From Gemmatimonadales bacterium (GTDB lineage: Bacteria; Gemmatimonadota; Gemmatimonadetes; Palauibacterales; Palauibacteraceae), in NCBI GenBank assembly GCA_030600085.1, contig JAUVMT010000003.1, positions 1 to 35,116 on the forward strand: a DNA stretch of 35,116 nt, in the 5' to 3' direction. Positions 24,439-32,993 of this stretch are shown in pieces (the stretch's first letter is position 1; each line of letters begins with the position of its first letter). The position numbers and the translations under genes are program-made. Below the pieces are notes generated by a model. It had not been told where the DNA came from and did not search any database. It worked only from the letters and a program-made list of their open reading frames with translations.

Positions 24439-26784
24439 CTAGGCGGTTTCGGGTCGCCGCCGGAGCAGCAGCCAGGCGGCGGCGAGCAGGGTGAGAGTTG
24501 CCGTGACGGCGGAGATGATGGCGGAGGCGAAGAACGACGTCGAGCGGAACCTGAAGACCAGCTCGTGTTCCCCTGCGGGCACCTGCACACCGCGAAACGC
24601 GACGTTGGTGCGGTGGATTGGGACCGGACTTCCGTCGATCAAGGCCTGCCAGTCGGGATGGTACACCTCGCTCACGAAGAGAAGGCCGGGTTGCTCGGCG
24701 GACACCGAGAAGACGACCTCGTTCGGCGTGTAGGATCGAACGCTCGCGACTCCGCTGCCGGCCGAGATCTCGCCGTCTTCGTCCGCATCTCGAGATCCCG
24801 ATGGAGAGCCGGCGTACGCCCAAGTCTCCACCACCGCTCGTTCTAGCGGGTCGACGAGTCCCAGGGTGGCGTCCAGCGCAGCCGTCGAGTCATCGACCGT
24901 CACGACGCTCCTCGGGAAGAAGGCGTGCGGCGTCGTGTCCGAGATGCGATAGACCCGACCTTTCCTCGCCTCGGCCGCTTCCGTCAGGAAGGGGAGGTTG
25001 ATCTGCTCGGCCGTGGTGAGGTACTTGAGGTCGAGCAGCGACCACAGGACCCGGCGGCCTCCCAGGTTGGCGTAATCCAGCCCGCCCACCAACCGTTCGT
25101 ACCACTTGAGTCTGAAGTTCTGGCTGCCGGTGACGGCCGGAATCGCGAAGTACATGAGCTCGTTGGGCCGGTAGGAGTCGGGCAGCGGCCATGCCCGTGC
25201 GCCGGGCGCCAGCTGGGTGGCCAGGCTACGCAGCGCCGGGTCTTCCGGAAGCAGCTGTTCCGCGGGGAGCGCGATCAGGTAGCGTCCCGCCACCCGGCCC
25301 ATGTCCAGCGCGCCCAGGATCAGGAGCGCGGCGCAGATCCATTCTCCGATCCGGCGCCGTTCCACCGCTCGAGCGGTGCCCAGCGTGGCGGCCCACACCA
25401 CCAGCCCGATCGTCGCCCCGAAACGCAGTGCCCCGAGAACCTCCGCGGGCGGCTCTCGCGTCCAACCGACGGGAAACCAGGCGTGAAAGGCCCAGCGAAT
25501 CAGGCCCTCCGGCGCGAGTGCGGCCGCGAGCAGAGGCAGCGCCAGCACGCCGGAGCCCAGGAGGATTCTCGGCCAGGGCAGTCCCCCGCCCTCCCTGGAG
25601 TCCGCGATCGCCTGCCATCCGAAGCCGGCGAGCAGAGCCACTGCAAACGTCACGGGACCGAGCATCATCGCCGGGGCTCGAAAGCGTCCGATCAGGGGGA
25701 CCACCGCGTAGGCCAGACGGTGGAGGGGCGTCGCCGCTCCGAGGGCGAAGAGAAGGCCCAGCACCGCCGCTGCGGCAAAGAACCACTGCCGGGGGTCCCT
25801 CCGGCTGCTCAGCAGCCCGATCGCCGCCAGAAGAAGCGGCAGGACTCCGAGGTACTCCGTGTGCAGCTTGAAGGGGTTCGTCCCCCAGTAGAGATCGAGC
25901 GAACCGATCAGGTCGGGAAGCAGGAAAGCCGAGAGCTCCTGAGGCGGCAAGGCCCAGGAGCTGGCGAACGCGTACCCTTCCTGGCCCGGCACGCCGCGTA
26001 CGGCCAACTCCAGCAGCCCGGCCGTGGGCCAGAGCTGCACCGCGCCGACGAGGGCGGCGATGAGGAACGCGAGCGCGTACAGACCTGCGGTGGACAGTAC
26101 GGGGCGCAGCGACCGAGCGTCCCGATACCTGGTCCAGAGGGCGAAGAGGGCGTAAGCGGAGAGTGCCAACGAGGAGAAGTACATCACCTGCACGTGTGGC
26201 GTGAAGATCTGCGCGCCGACGACAAGGCCGAGGAGCAGGAACCAGACCGTTCTCCCACTCCGCATCCCGCGCTCCAGCAAGCCGAATGCGAGCGGGATCA
26301 GGACCATCGCGAACAGGCGCCCGTCGTGACCGCCGTACAGCGTAGAGAGGAGATAGCCACCGAACATGAAGGAGACGCCGGTCACCGCCGAGGCCCACCG
26401 CCCCAGGCCGAACGAGCGTCCCGCGAAGTAGCCGAAGGCGCCGGAGAGGAAGGTGTGGGCCACGAACGTCCAGCCGATGGCGCGGTAGAGCGGCATCGCC
26501 AGGTAGAGCAGGCTTGTCGGATAAAAGACGGGTCCGGGGAGCACGGCGAGGAACGGGAGGCCGCCGTAAACGAACGGGTTCCAGAGGGGCAGGCCTCGCC
26601 CCGCCCTCAGCTCGTCCACCGCGAACTTCCTGAGCTGATAGGCCTGATCCAGCATGTCGGTGCCGAAGAGCATCCGATCGCCGTAGAACACGAACTCGCG
26701 GTAGAGGAAGACGGTCGCGGCCGCCGCCGCGAGCAGGAATCCGACGGTTCCCCACCGACCGGGACGCCGATCGCCGGCGGTCAC
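24439..26784 (-). CDS. YfhO-like GT-C membrane glycosyltransferase
   Basis: PLWNPFVYGGLPF, YPTSLL, more than 10 TM helices, C-terminal LFVSEVYHPDWQA.IDG...NVAFRGV.VPAGEHELVFRF plus a final TM helix. GTG 26784 overlaps the upstream stop. Confidence 0.85.
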   Translation of the reverse strand: MTAGDRRPGRWGTVGFLLAAAAATVFLYREFVFYGDRMLFGTDMLDQAYQLRKFAVDELRAGRGLPLWNPFVYGGLPFLAVLPGPVFYPTSLLYLAMPLYRAIGWTFVAHTFLSGAFGYFAGRSFGLGRWASAVTGVSFMFGGYLLSTLYGGHDGRLFAMVLIPLAFGLLERGMRSGRTVWFLLLGLVVGAQIFTPHVQVMYFSSLALSAYALFALWTRYRDARSLRPVLSTAGLYALAFLIAALVGAVQLWPTAGLLELAVRGVPGQEGYAFASSWALPPQELSAFLLPDLIGSLDLYWGTNPFKLHTEYLGVLPLLLAAIGLLSSRRDPRQWFFAAAAVLGLLFALGAATPLHRLAYAVVPLIGRFRAPAMMLGPVTFAVALLAGFGWQAIADSREGGGLPWPRILLGSGVLALPLLAAALAPEGLIRWAFHAWFPVGWTREPPAEVLGALRFGATIGLVVWAATLGTARAVERRRIGEWICAALLILGALDMGRVAGRYLIALPAEQLLPEDPALRSLATQLAPGARAWPLPDSYRPNELMYFAIPAVTGSQNFRLKWYERLVGGLDYANLGGRRVLWSLLDLKYLTTAEQINLPFLTEAAEARKGRVYRISDTTPHAFFPRSVVTVDDSTAALDATLGLVDPLERAVVETWAYAGSPSGSRDADEDGEISAGSGVASVRSYTPNEVVFSVSAEQPGLLFVSEVYHPDWQALIDGSPVPIHRTNVAFRGVQVPAGEHELVFRFRSTSFFASAIISAVTATLTLLAAAWLLLRRRPETA

Positions 26785-27548
26785 GAGGCGGGCCTTTCCA
26801 GCATGAAGAACCACTGCGGGGAGAGGGCTCGCAGAGCGCCGTCGACGACCGAAGCCGGAAGGGTGCGGAACGACATCCAGGTTCGCTCCCAGGCCGAACC
26901 CCACGTCGTGGAGATCAGATCGTCGATCGCCCGGCGCGTGATGTCTCGCACCCGGAACCCCGGACCTGACATCGCCTGCTGAAGCCGTCCGTAGGAGAGG
27001 TAGCGGATCTCATCGTATCGTCGTCCTCTTCCGCTCGAGCGCAGATAGGCGTTGGCGGCGGCGCTTGGCAACCAGCTCAGAAGCGGGAGCCGGTAGTGGG
27101 GTTCCATGAGGACGTACCGGTTGCCCGCCGACACGAAGGCCTGCCCGCCCGGTCGGAGCACGCGATGAGCCTCCGCGAACAGGTGCCCGTGATCGCTGAC
27201 GTGCTCGTACACGTGGTTCATGATCAGGAAGTCGAGCGCCTCGTCGGCTATCGGGAGGCGAAGGATGTCTCCGCGGACCATGCCCCTGCGCTCAACGATC
27301 GCGTGTTCTGATATCTCTATACCTAAAATAGGCTTAGCGATAGCGGTTTCTAGTATATTCTTGATGATGCCGGTCCCGGACCCGAGGTCGGCGATGCGCT
27401 CGGCCGCGGCCAGCTCGTTCAGGCAGAGCTCGGCGATCACTCGCGCCTTCCGGCGTCGACCCTCGAGGTAGGCGGCGCTGCGCAGTCTCGCCTCGTACCA
27501 GTCGCCGGCTCGCTCCCCTTGGGCCTCCAACGCCGGATCTCGACTCAC
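26781..27548 (-). CDS. Class I SAM-dependent methyltransferase
   Basis: ADLGSGTG, GDILRLP, NHVYEHV, RVLRPGG, EPHYRLPLLSWLP; GTGA overlaps at both ends. Confidence 0.88.
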   Translation of the reverse strand: MSRDPALEAQGERAGDWYEARLRSAAYLEGRRRKARVIAELCLNELAAAERIADLGSGTGIIKNILETAIAKPILGIEISEHAIVERRGMVRGDILRLPIADEALDFLIMNHVYEHVSDHGHLFAEAHRVLRPGGQAFVSAGNRYVLMEPHYRLPLLSWLPSAAANAYLRSSGRGRRYDEIRYLSYGRLQQAMSGPGFRVRDITRRAIDDLISTTWGSAWERTWMSFRTLPASVVDGALRALSPQWFFMLERPAS

Positions 27549-28795
27549 GAGCTTCGTTCGCGTGCCTGCGAGCGCGTCGAGAGGCCTGCGTGATATACGG
27601 TCTCGAGCTCCTCCGTGACACGCTCGAGAGAGAAGCGCTCCTCGACGATGGCGCGCCCACGGCGGGCGACGTGGCGCGCCCGCTCCGGGTCACCCGCGAT
27701 CTCGAGGATGGTCTCCGCAAGGGCCTTCGGGTTCGCAGGCGGAACCAGCCAGCCCGTCTCCCCGGGCCGGACGATGTCGGGGATGCCTCCCACAGCGGCT
27801 CCGATCACCGGCCGCTCGAGGCCGAGGGCCTCGAGGAGCACGACACCGAGACCTTCGGTGTCTCCCTTCGCGTCGATCACCGCCGGAAGCACAAAGATGT
27901 CGCACGCCTCGTAATACCCGCGAAGATCACGCTCCGGAACGGACCCGGCAAAGCGGACGTGCCGTTCGACTCCCGCTCTCTGTGCGGTCTCCTGGATCGT
28001 GCTCCTCCACTCTCCTTCGCCGACGATGGTCAGCTCCGCCGGTCTGGCCTCGCGAACGAGAGCGAGCGCTTCAACCAGATACTCCACGCCCTTCCGCTGG
28101 ACCAGACGCCCGACGAATAGCAGGCGCAACGGTCCCGCGCCCGTCAGCGCGGGGCGCCCTTCCCCGCCGGTTGCCGTCAAGCCGGCTGCGAACGGAACCA
28201 CGCTGACGTCGCGGTCGACCAGCGTCCGGACCCTGGCGGCGGTGGCGGAGGAGATCGCGGTGACGGCATCGGCGGTCCGAGCGCTCCAGACGAGGAACGG
28301 GCGGAGCCAGCGAGCGCGGCGTTCTACCCAGTTGATCTCGACGCTGTAGAAGGTGCAGACGAGGGCCGCACGGCCTCCCGACGCGAAGCGGGCGGCGGCG
28401 CCGAACAGGGCGTGAGGCACGGGCCAGTGTACATGCACGACGTCCGGATGCCGCCGTCCCGAACGAGCGGAAGCCCACAAGCCGCCGGCTAAGTACGAGG
28501 GTAGGAGGGCCGCGTGTGCCGGCGAGCGTCTCAGCCGATCCGGCACCGTCTCGTCGTGAGTGAGCGTCTCGCACGATCGAGGCGCGTAGCGAAAGCGCTC
28601 GACCGGTACGCCGCCGATGTGCTGCGACCCGAGCCCCCGGTAGGACGGCGCCAGAATCGAAGCGTCCATTCCGCGCGCCCGTTGGGCGGAGACGAGCGCC
28701 GAGAGCCAGGGTGTGATGACGTCCTCCTCGTAACGCTGAAAGGCCGTGACGATGTGGACGACGCGCAGTCCCTCGACCCGTCCTGGCTCATCCAT
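27545..28795 (-). CDS. GT4-family (GT-B) glycosyltransferase
   Basis: DVVHVHW, LFVGRLVQRKG, DIFVLPA..EGLGVVLLEA (Ex7E), GGIPDIV..TGWLV. Confidence 0.92.
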   Translation of the reverse strand: MDEPGRVEGLRVVHIVTAFQRYEEDVITPWLSALVSAQRARGMDASILAPSYRGLGSQHIGGVPVERFRYAPRSCETLTHDETVPDRLRRSPAHAALLPSYLAGGLWASARSGRRHPDVVHVHWPVPHALFGAAARFASGGRAALVCTFYSVEINWVERRARWLRPFLVWSARTADAVTAISSATAARVRTLVDRDVSVVPFAAGLTATGGEGRPALTGAGPLRLLFVGRLVQRKGVEYLVEALALVREARPAELTIVGEGEWRSTIQETAQRAGVERHVRFAGSVPERDLRGYYEACDIFVLPAVIDAKGDTEGLGVVLLEALGLERPVIGAAVGGIPDIVRPGETGWLVPPANPKALAETILEIAGDPERARHVARRGRAIVEERFSLERVTEELETVYHAGLSTRSQARERSS

Positions 28796-28796
28796 G

Positions 28797-30404
28797 TCAG
28801 TCAGCCGCCAGCGGCTCGGGATCGAAGCTCAGCACGAACGTGGGGGGTTCCCCGCCCTCGTAAACGATCTCGAACATCGGCAGGTTCTCGCGCAGCGCCG
28901 GGATCAGGTAGCGCGACGTCGTGCCGCTGATCGCGTCCACCACGACGTAGTCTGCTCCGATCCGCCTCATCCCCTCCAGCACCACCCGCGAGTCCGTCGA
29001 GTACGGATAGAGGTCGCCGCGCCGCCCCGATATCCAGAAGAAGATCCGCGGCTTTCGGCTGACCGCGATGGCATCGGGCGACGTGTTCACGGCCGCCCAT
29101 TCGGCGGCAGCGTAGAAGCTGGCGAACTCCGGTGGGTCACACGGAGCACCGGCCCGGTATTCCGCGAGGCAGCGGACGCTGTCCGGAGTTCGGACGACCG
29201 CGGTGATGGCCGCTCCGATTCCGACGGCCGCAGCGAGGGCTCCCGTCGCCAGGGCGGGCGTCCGGGCGCCCTGCCTACCCCCGGTGAGCCGCCGCCCGAG
29301 CTCCCAAGCGCCGGAGCCGGCATAGGCGAGAATCAGAGGGAGAAGCGGCAGGAGGAATCGCTGGTCCGTCCAAACCACCGGCCACAGAGCCAGCATGAGG
29401 GCGTAGAGCACGGTGAAGAGCTCCGCCGGGCCCAGCCGGCTCATCGAGCGCCGGACCCAACCGCCGAAGGCCAGCCCCGCTACCGCCAGCCCCAGGGCCG
29501 TTAGCACGGCCTCGCCACCCGGGACGGCGCTCCATCCACCGGCGATCGCCCGAGGCAGAATCTCGGAGACGTAGCTCCAGAGGTTCTCGATCCCGCGGAT
29601 CGCAAGGGCGCCGGGACCGGCGGATCCGGCCGCCGGGTCGTACGGGTTTCTCAGCAGCATCTCCTTCAGATAGGTCGGCTGCGAGACGGCTTGGCCGGGG
29701 GCGGCGGAAGCCCAGCGCTGGTAGAGCCACCAGCCGCCTGCCGAGGCCGAGGCGACCGCGGTGGCCAGCGCGAGCCGCCGGGGCTTCCGCTCGAGCGCGA
29801 AGAAGAGGGCGGCCGCTGCAAGGAGTGGGAGTCCGGCTGTGCGTGTCAAGAAGGCCGCCCCTGCCGCCGCAAGACCGAGGAGCAAGGCGGGAGTGATCCC
29901 GTGCCGCCCGTCCTCTCCCGTCGATCCCTGCGCCGCCTGCTCGATCCACAGCAGAGCCGTCAGGACCAAGACGACGAAGAGAGCCTCCGAGAGCACGTAG
30001 TGTGAGTACTCCAGGAGAACTGGTGAGAGGGCGAGCAGACCGGTCGCGACGACGGCAGGGCCACGCCCGACCAGCCGATCGGCCAACCGGTAGCTGAGCC
30101 ACACCGCCAGGGTCGTCAGGATGAGAGACGTAAGCTTGAGCAGCTGAAGCGACCCGAGCGGAGTGAACGCGGCCAGCAGCAGCGGATAGAGCGGTGGATA
30201 CTTGGTGTGGAGAGGCCCGAGGGGGAGGTAGATATCTCGATAGCCCTGCCCGGAGGCCAAGGCCTCGCCGAGAATCATGTATCCCGCGTTGTCGCCTCCG
30301 GAAAACAGCGTGGGGTCGTAGAGAAGGAGGCCCATGACGACGTGCAGGCTCGCGATAGCCAGGCCGATCCGTGAGTCCGTGCTCAGCCGACCGGCCGAGC
30401 TCAC
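28797..30404 (-). CDS. ArnT/PMT-like GT-C membrane glycosyltransferase
   Basis: First-loop GGDNAGY, YPPLYPLLLA, LSEALF, FLTRTAG, RFLLPLLP, many TM helices and a soluble C-terminal domain. GTG 30404 overlaps the upstream stop. Confidence 0.82.
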   Translation of the reverse strand: MSSAGRLSTDSRIGLAIASLHVVMGLLLYDPTLFSGGDNAGYMILGEALASGQGYRDIYLPLGPLHTKYPPLYPLLLAAFTPLGSLQLLKLTSLILTTLAVWLSYRLADRLVGRGPAVVATGLLALSPVLLEYSHYVLSEALFVVLVLTALLWIEQAAQGSTGEDGRHGITPALLLGLAAAGAAFLTRTAGLPLLAAAALFFALERKPRRLALATAVASASAGGWWLYQRWASAAPGQAVSQPTYLKEMLLRNPYDPAAGSAGPGALAIRGIENLWSYVSEILPRAIAGGWSAVPGGEAVLTALGLAVAGLAFGGWVRRSMSRLGPAELFTVLYALMLALWPVVWTDQRFLLPLLPLILAYAGSGAWELGRRLTGGRQGARTPALATGALAAAVGIGAAITAVVRTPDSVRCLAEYRAGAPCDPPEFASFYAAAEWAAVNTSPDAIAVSRKPRIFFWISGRRGDLYPYSTDSRVVLEGMRRIGADYVVVDAISGTTSRYLIPALRENLPMFEIVYEGGEPPTFVLSFDPEPLAAD

Positions 30405-31336
30405 TTCCGCATGTCCCGTCTCAGCGCCTCCACCTCGGCCCTCAGCCCGGCGATCAGCTCGGCGAGGAAGCCGAGCACGAAGAGTCCGAGACCGACGAGC
30501 ACGAGAAGCAGCACGAGGGTGAGCAGCGGCCGGTAGCCCTGACCGAGCACGAATCGGAGGTAGATGGCGATGGCACCGGTGATCGCACCGAGCCCCAGGA
30601 GCGCGAGGCCGGTCATCCCGAAGAAGAGCAGCGGCTTGCGGCCGAAGACGAGCTGAAACCAGACTGCGACCAGGTCCAGTGTGCCGATCAGGATTCGCTG
30701 CCTGCCACCGTATTTCGAGACACCATGCCGTCGGGGATGAAGCTCGACGTCGATCTCCCGCAGGCGGAAGCCGCGATCGTGTGCGAGCACGACCATGTAT
30801 CGATGCCAATCATCCCGCAGCTCCATCTCGTCGATGACGCTTCTGCGAAATGCCTTCATGGAGTTCAGATCGTGCACGGGGACCTGGAAGATCAGACGTG
30901 AGAGCCAGTTGTACACGCCCGACACAAAGCGTTTTTCGTATCGGCCGACCTTGCGGCCGGTGACCAGGTCCGAGCCCTCGTCGAGGGCCCGGACGAAGCG
31001 CGCGATCTCCTCGGGTGAGTGCTGGAGGTCCGCGTCGAAGAGAACCAGGTACTCGCCGCTGGAGGCCTCCGCCCCGGTCAGCAGCGCGTCGGTCTTTCCG
31101 CGATTGGAGCGGTGCGACAGGAAGCGAGCATTGGTGAGGCCGGCCGCCGCGGCGGCTCGGCGTGCCGCCTCCAGCGTTCCATCGGTCGAGCCGTCGTCGA
31201 CGAGTACAACCTCTACGTCGAGGTCGGCGTCGCGCAAAGCGGAGGCGAGCTCGGAGAACAGATCGGGCATGTTGTCCGCCTCGTTGAAGGCGGGCACGAT
31301 CACCGAGGTCTTCGTTTCCGTCTGAGGCTGCGTCAC
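30401..31336 (-). CDS. GT2 polyprenol-phosphate glycosyltransferase (ArnC/GtrB-like)
   Basis: VIVPAFNE, VDDGSTDGT, NRGK, FDADLQH, RRHGVSKY, two C-terminal TM helices; GTGA overlap with the rpoN stop. Confidence 0.9.
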   Translation of the reverse strand: MTQPQTETKTSVIVPAFNEADNMPDLFSELASALRDADLDVEVVLVDDGSTDGTLEAARRAAAAAGLTNARFLSHRSNRGKTDALLTGAEASSGEYLVLFDADLQHSPEEIARFVRALDEGSDLVTGRKVGRYEKRFVSGVYNWLSRLIFQVPVHDLNSMKAFRRSVIDEMELRDDWHRYMVVLAHDRGFRLREIDVELHPRRHGVSKYGGRQRILIGTLDLVAVWFQLVFGRKPLLFFGMTGLALLGLGAITGAIAIYLRFVLGQGYRPLLTLVLLLVLVGLGLFVLGFLAELIAGLRAEVEALRRDMRK

Positions 31337-32769
31337 ACCCGCTTGCGCATGCGTGCGGAAAGGATACCCAGCTGATCTCGGTACTTGGCCACGGTCCGGC
31401 GGGCGATCCGCACACCCTCACTTTTGAGGATATCCACGATCGCCTGGTCCGTCAGCGGTCGCCTCGGGTCTTCGTCATCTACCAACTTCTTGATGCGGAC
31501 CCGGATGCCCCGGGCCGAGACATCCTCGCCATAGTCGGTCGAGAGGCCGCTCGAGAAGAAGAACTTGAGCGGATAGACGCCACGAGGCGTCTGCACGTAC
31601 TTCCCGTTCGTCACCCGCGAAACGGTGGACTCGTGCATGTCGATGTGCTCGGCCACCTCTCGCAGCGTCAGCGGCTTCAGGTGCTCGACCCCCTTCTCGA
31701 AGAACTCGCGCTGCCGGTCGACGATGAAGTTCATGACCTTGAGCATCGTCTGCCGGCGCTGCTCGATCGCCTGGATCATCCACTGGGCGCTGTTCAGCTT
31801 TTTCGCGATGAACGTCTTGTTGTCGCCCGTGAACTGGTTCTTGTCGCGTGCCACCTCGCGGTAGGACTGCGAGAGCTTCAAGCGAGGAAGGGACGTGTCG
31901 TTGTGGAAGACATAATACTGATCGTCGATCTTCTCGACGACCAGATCGGGGGTAACGTAATCATTTCCAGCTTCGGCGTGCTTGAGGCCCGGCTTGGGAT
32001 CCAGCTTCGCGATCTCGTCCGCGGCCGTCTGGACCGCCTTGGGAGAGATCCCGTGCTCCTTGGAAAGCTCGCTCCACCTGTGGTTCACGAGCTCCTCGAA
32101 ATGGTCGCAGACGAGGCGGAACGCGAGGCCGTCGATCTCCTCGCGGTCACGCAGCTGTAACAGCAGGCACTCGCGCAGGTTCCGCGCGCCTACCCCGCTG
32201 GGCTCGAACAGCTGAATCATCGCGAGTAGCCGCTCGACCTCCTCGATCGTGAACGGCTCGGTCCGTTCGTCCTCGCCCGCCTCGGACTCGGAGAGATAGC
32301 TGTTGAGTGACTCGACGACCTCTTCCAGAGAGCAGGAGAGGAAGCCTTCGCGGTCGATATTGCCGATGATCTCTTCGCCGAGGAGCAGATCCCGCGGATT
32401 CAGGGGGAGAAGCTGGACCTGGTCCCTCAGGAAGTCCCATAGGTCACGCGAGCTGGCAGGAGTCGGCCTGTAGTATTCGCGCTCCTCGTACTCGGCGCGG
32501 CGGCCGCCGACGTCGAAGCCGTTCAGGAGGATCTCTTCCCAGTCGATCTCGTCGTCTGGTTTTTCGGGGGTTTCCTCCTCCTCCAGCTCCTCTTCCTCCT
32601 CCTCGGTGAGATCGAGGAACGGGTTGTTCTCGAGCTCCTGCTTCAGGTGCTGTTGAAGGTCCAGGAGCGGCATGTACAGGAGATCCATCGCCTGGTAGAG
32701 GCGAGGGTTGACCCTCATCTCCTGTCGCAGGCGCGGTAGTTGGCTCAGACCTATTCGGGAATCGACCAT
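31333..32769 (-). CDS. rpoN: RNA polymerase sigma-54 factor
   Basis: Region I LYQAMDLL...ELENNPFL, GVGARNLRECLLLQL, HESTVSR, RpoN box ARRTVAKYR. Start at ATG 32769 after GGGAG. Confidence 0.97.
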   Translation of the reverse strand: MVDSRIGLSQLPRLRQEMRVNPRLYQAMDLLYMPLLDLQQHLKQELENNPFLDLTEEEEEELEEEETPEKPDDEIDWEEILLNGFDVGGRRAEYEEREYYRPTPASSRDLWDFLRDQVQLLPLNPRDLLLGEEIIGNIDREGFLSCSLEEVVESLNSYLSESEAGEDERTEPFTIEEVERLLAMIQLFEPSGVGARNLRECLLLQLRDREEIDGLAFRLVCDHFEELVNHRWSELSKEHGISPKAVQTAADEIAKLDPKPGLKHAEAGNDYVTPDLVVEKIDDQYYVFHNDTSLPRLKLSQSYREVARDKNQFTGDNKTFIAKKLNSAQWMIQAIEQRRQTMLKVMNFIVDRQREFFEKGVEHLKPLTLREVAEHIDMHESTVSRVTNGKYVQTPRGVYPLKFFFSSGLSTDYGEDVSARGIRVRIKKLVDDEDPRRPLTDQAIVDILKSEGVRIARRTVAKYRDQLGILSARMRKRV

Positions 32770-32884
32770 GGTCTCCCGGTGGCGCTGAAAGCGCCCTCTT
32801 GGGTTGTTGTTTCCGGCCCGAAACGCCGGTCGGATCCGCTGCAACTGCCGCTCCGTGCAAGAAAATATGGCATTGCGCACGCCG

Positions 32885-32900
32885 CGGCACGTCCCTTGCT
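32885..32900 (+). promoter_or_regulatory. sigma54 -24/-12 site oriented away from rpoN
   Basis: CGGCACGTCCCTTGCT matches YGGCACG-N4-TTGCW. Confidence 0.75.
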
Positions 32901-32918
32901 GCGCCGGGCGTAAACAAG

Positions 32919-32934
32919 CGCAAGTCGGGTGCCG
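32919..32934 (-). promoter_or_regulatory. sigma54 -24/-12 site oriented toward rpoN
   Basis: Minus strand CGGCACCCGACTTGCG matches YGGCAC-N5-TTGC. Confidence 0.7.
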
Positions 32935-32942
32935 GGCCGCGC

Positions 32943-32979
32943 GGGTTCGGAGGTTTCGGGCAGGTTCGGGGGGCTCGGG
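32943..32979. repeat. Four imperfect direct repeats of about 10 bp
   Basis: GGGTTCGG AGGTTTCGGG CAGGTTCGGG GGGCTCGGG; YTCGG cores start at 32946, 32955, 32965 and 32974. Confidence 0.5.
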
Positions 32980-32993
32980 TCGTTACAAGGACG

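Noticed and set aside
764-26982. Many long antisense or alternate-frame ORFs in the track (e.g. 764-2050 -, 4361-5722 -, 13686-15290 -, 15095-16531 -, 23299-24846 +, 24925-26982 +)
   Set aside because: They shadow well-supported genes, lack recognisable motifs and are expected from stop-codon scarcity in high-GC DNA.
27545-28795. GT4 gene as bshA completing the bacillithiol pathway
   Set aside because: Only generic GT4 motifs are visible, it sits within the envelope glycosylation operon, and it is 22 kb from bshC on the opposite strand.
32770-32880. Track-predicted N-terminal extensions of rpoN (and likewise gpsA, gltX, pcm and both GT-C genes)
   Set aside because: Downstream starts with an RBS or stop/start overlaps fit family lengths better; the extensions overlap neighbouring genes or regulatory DNA.
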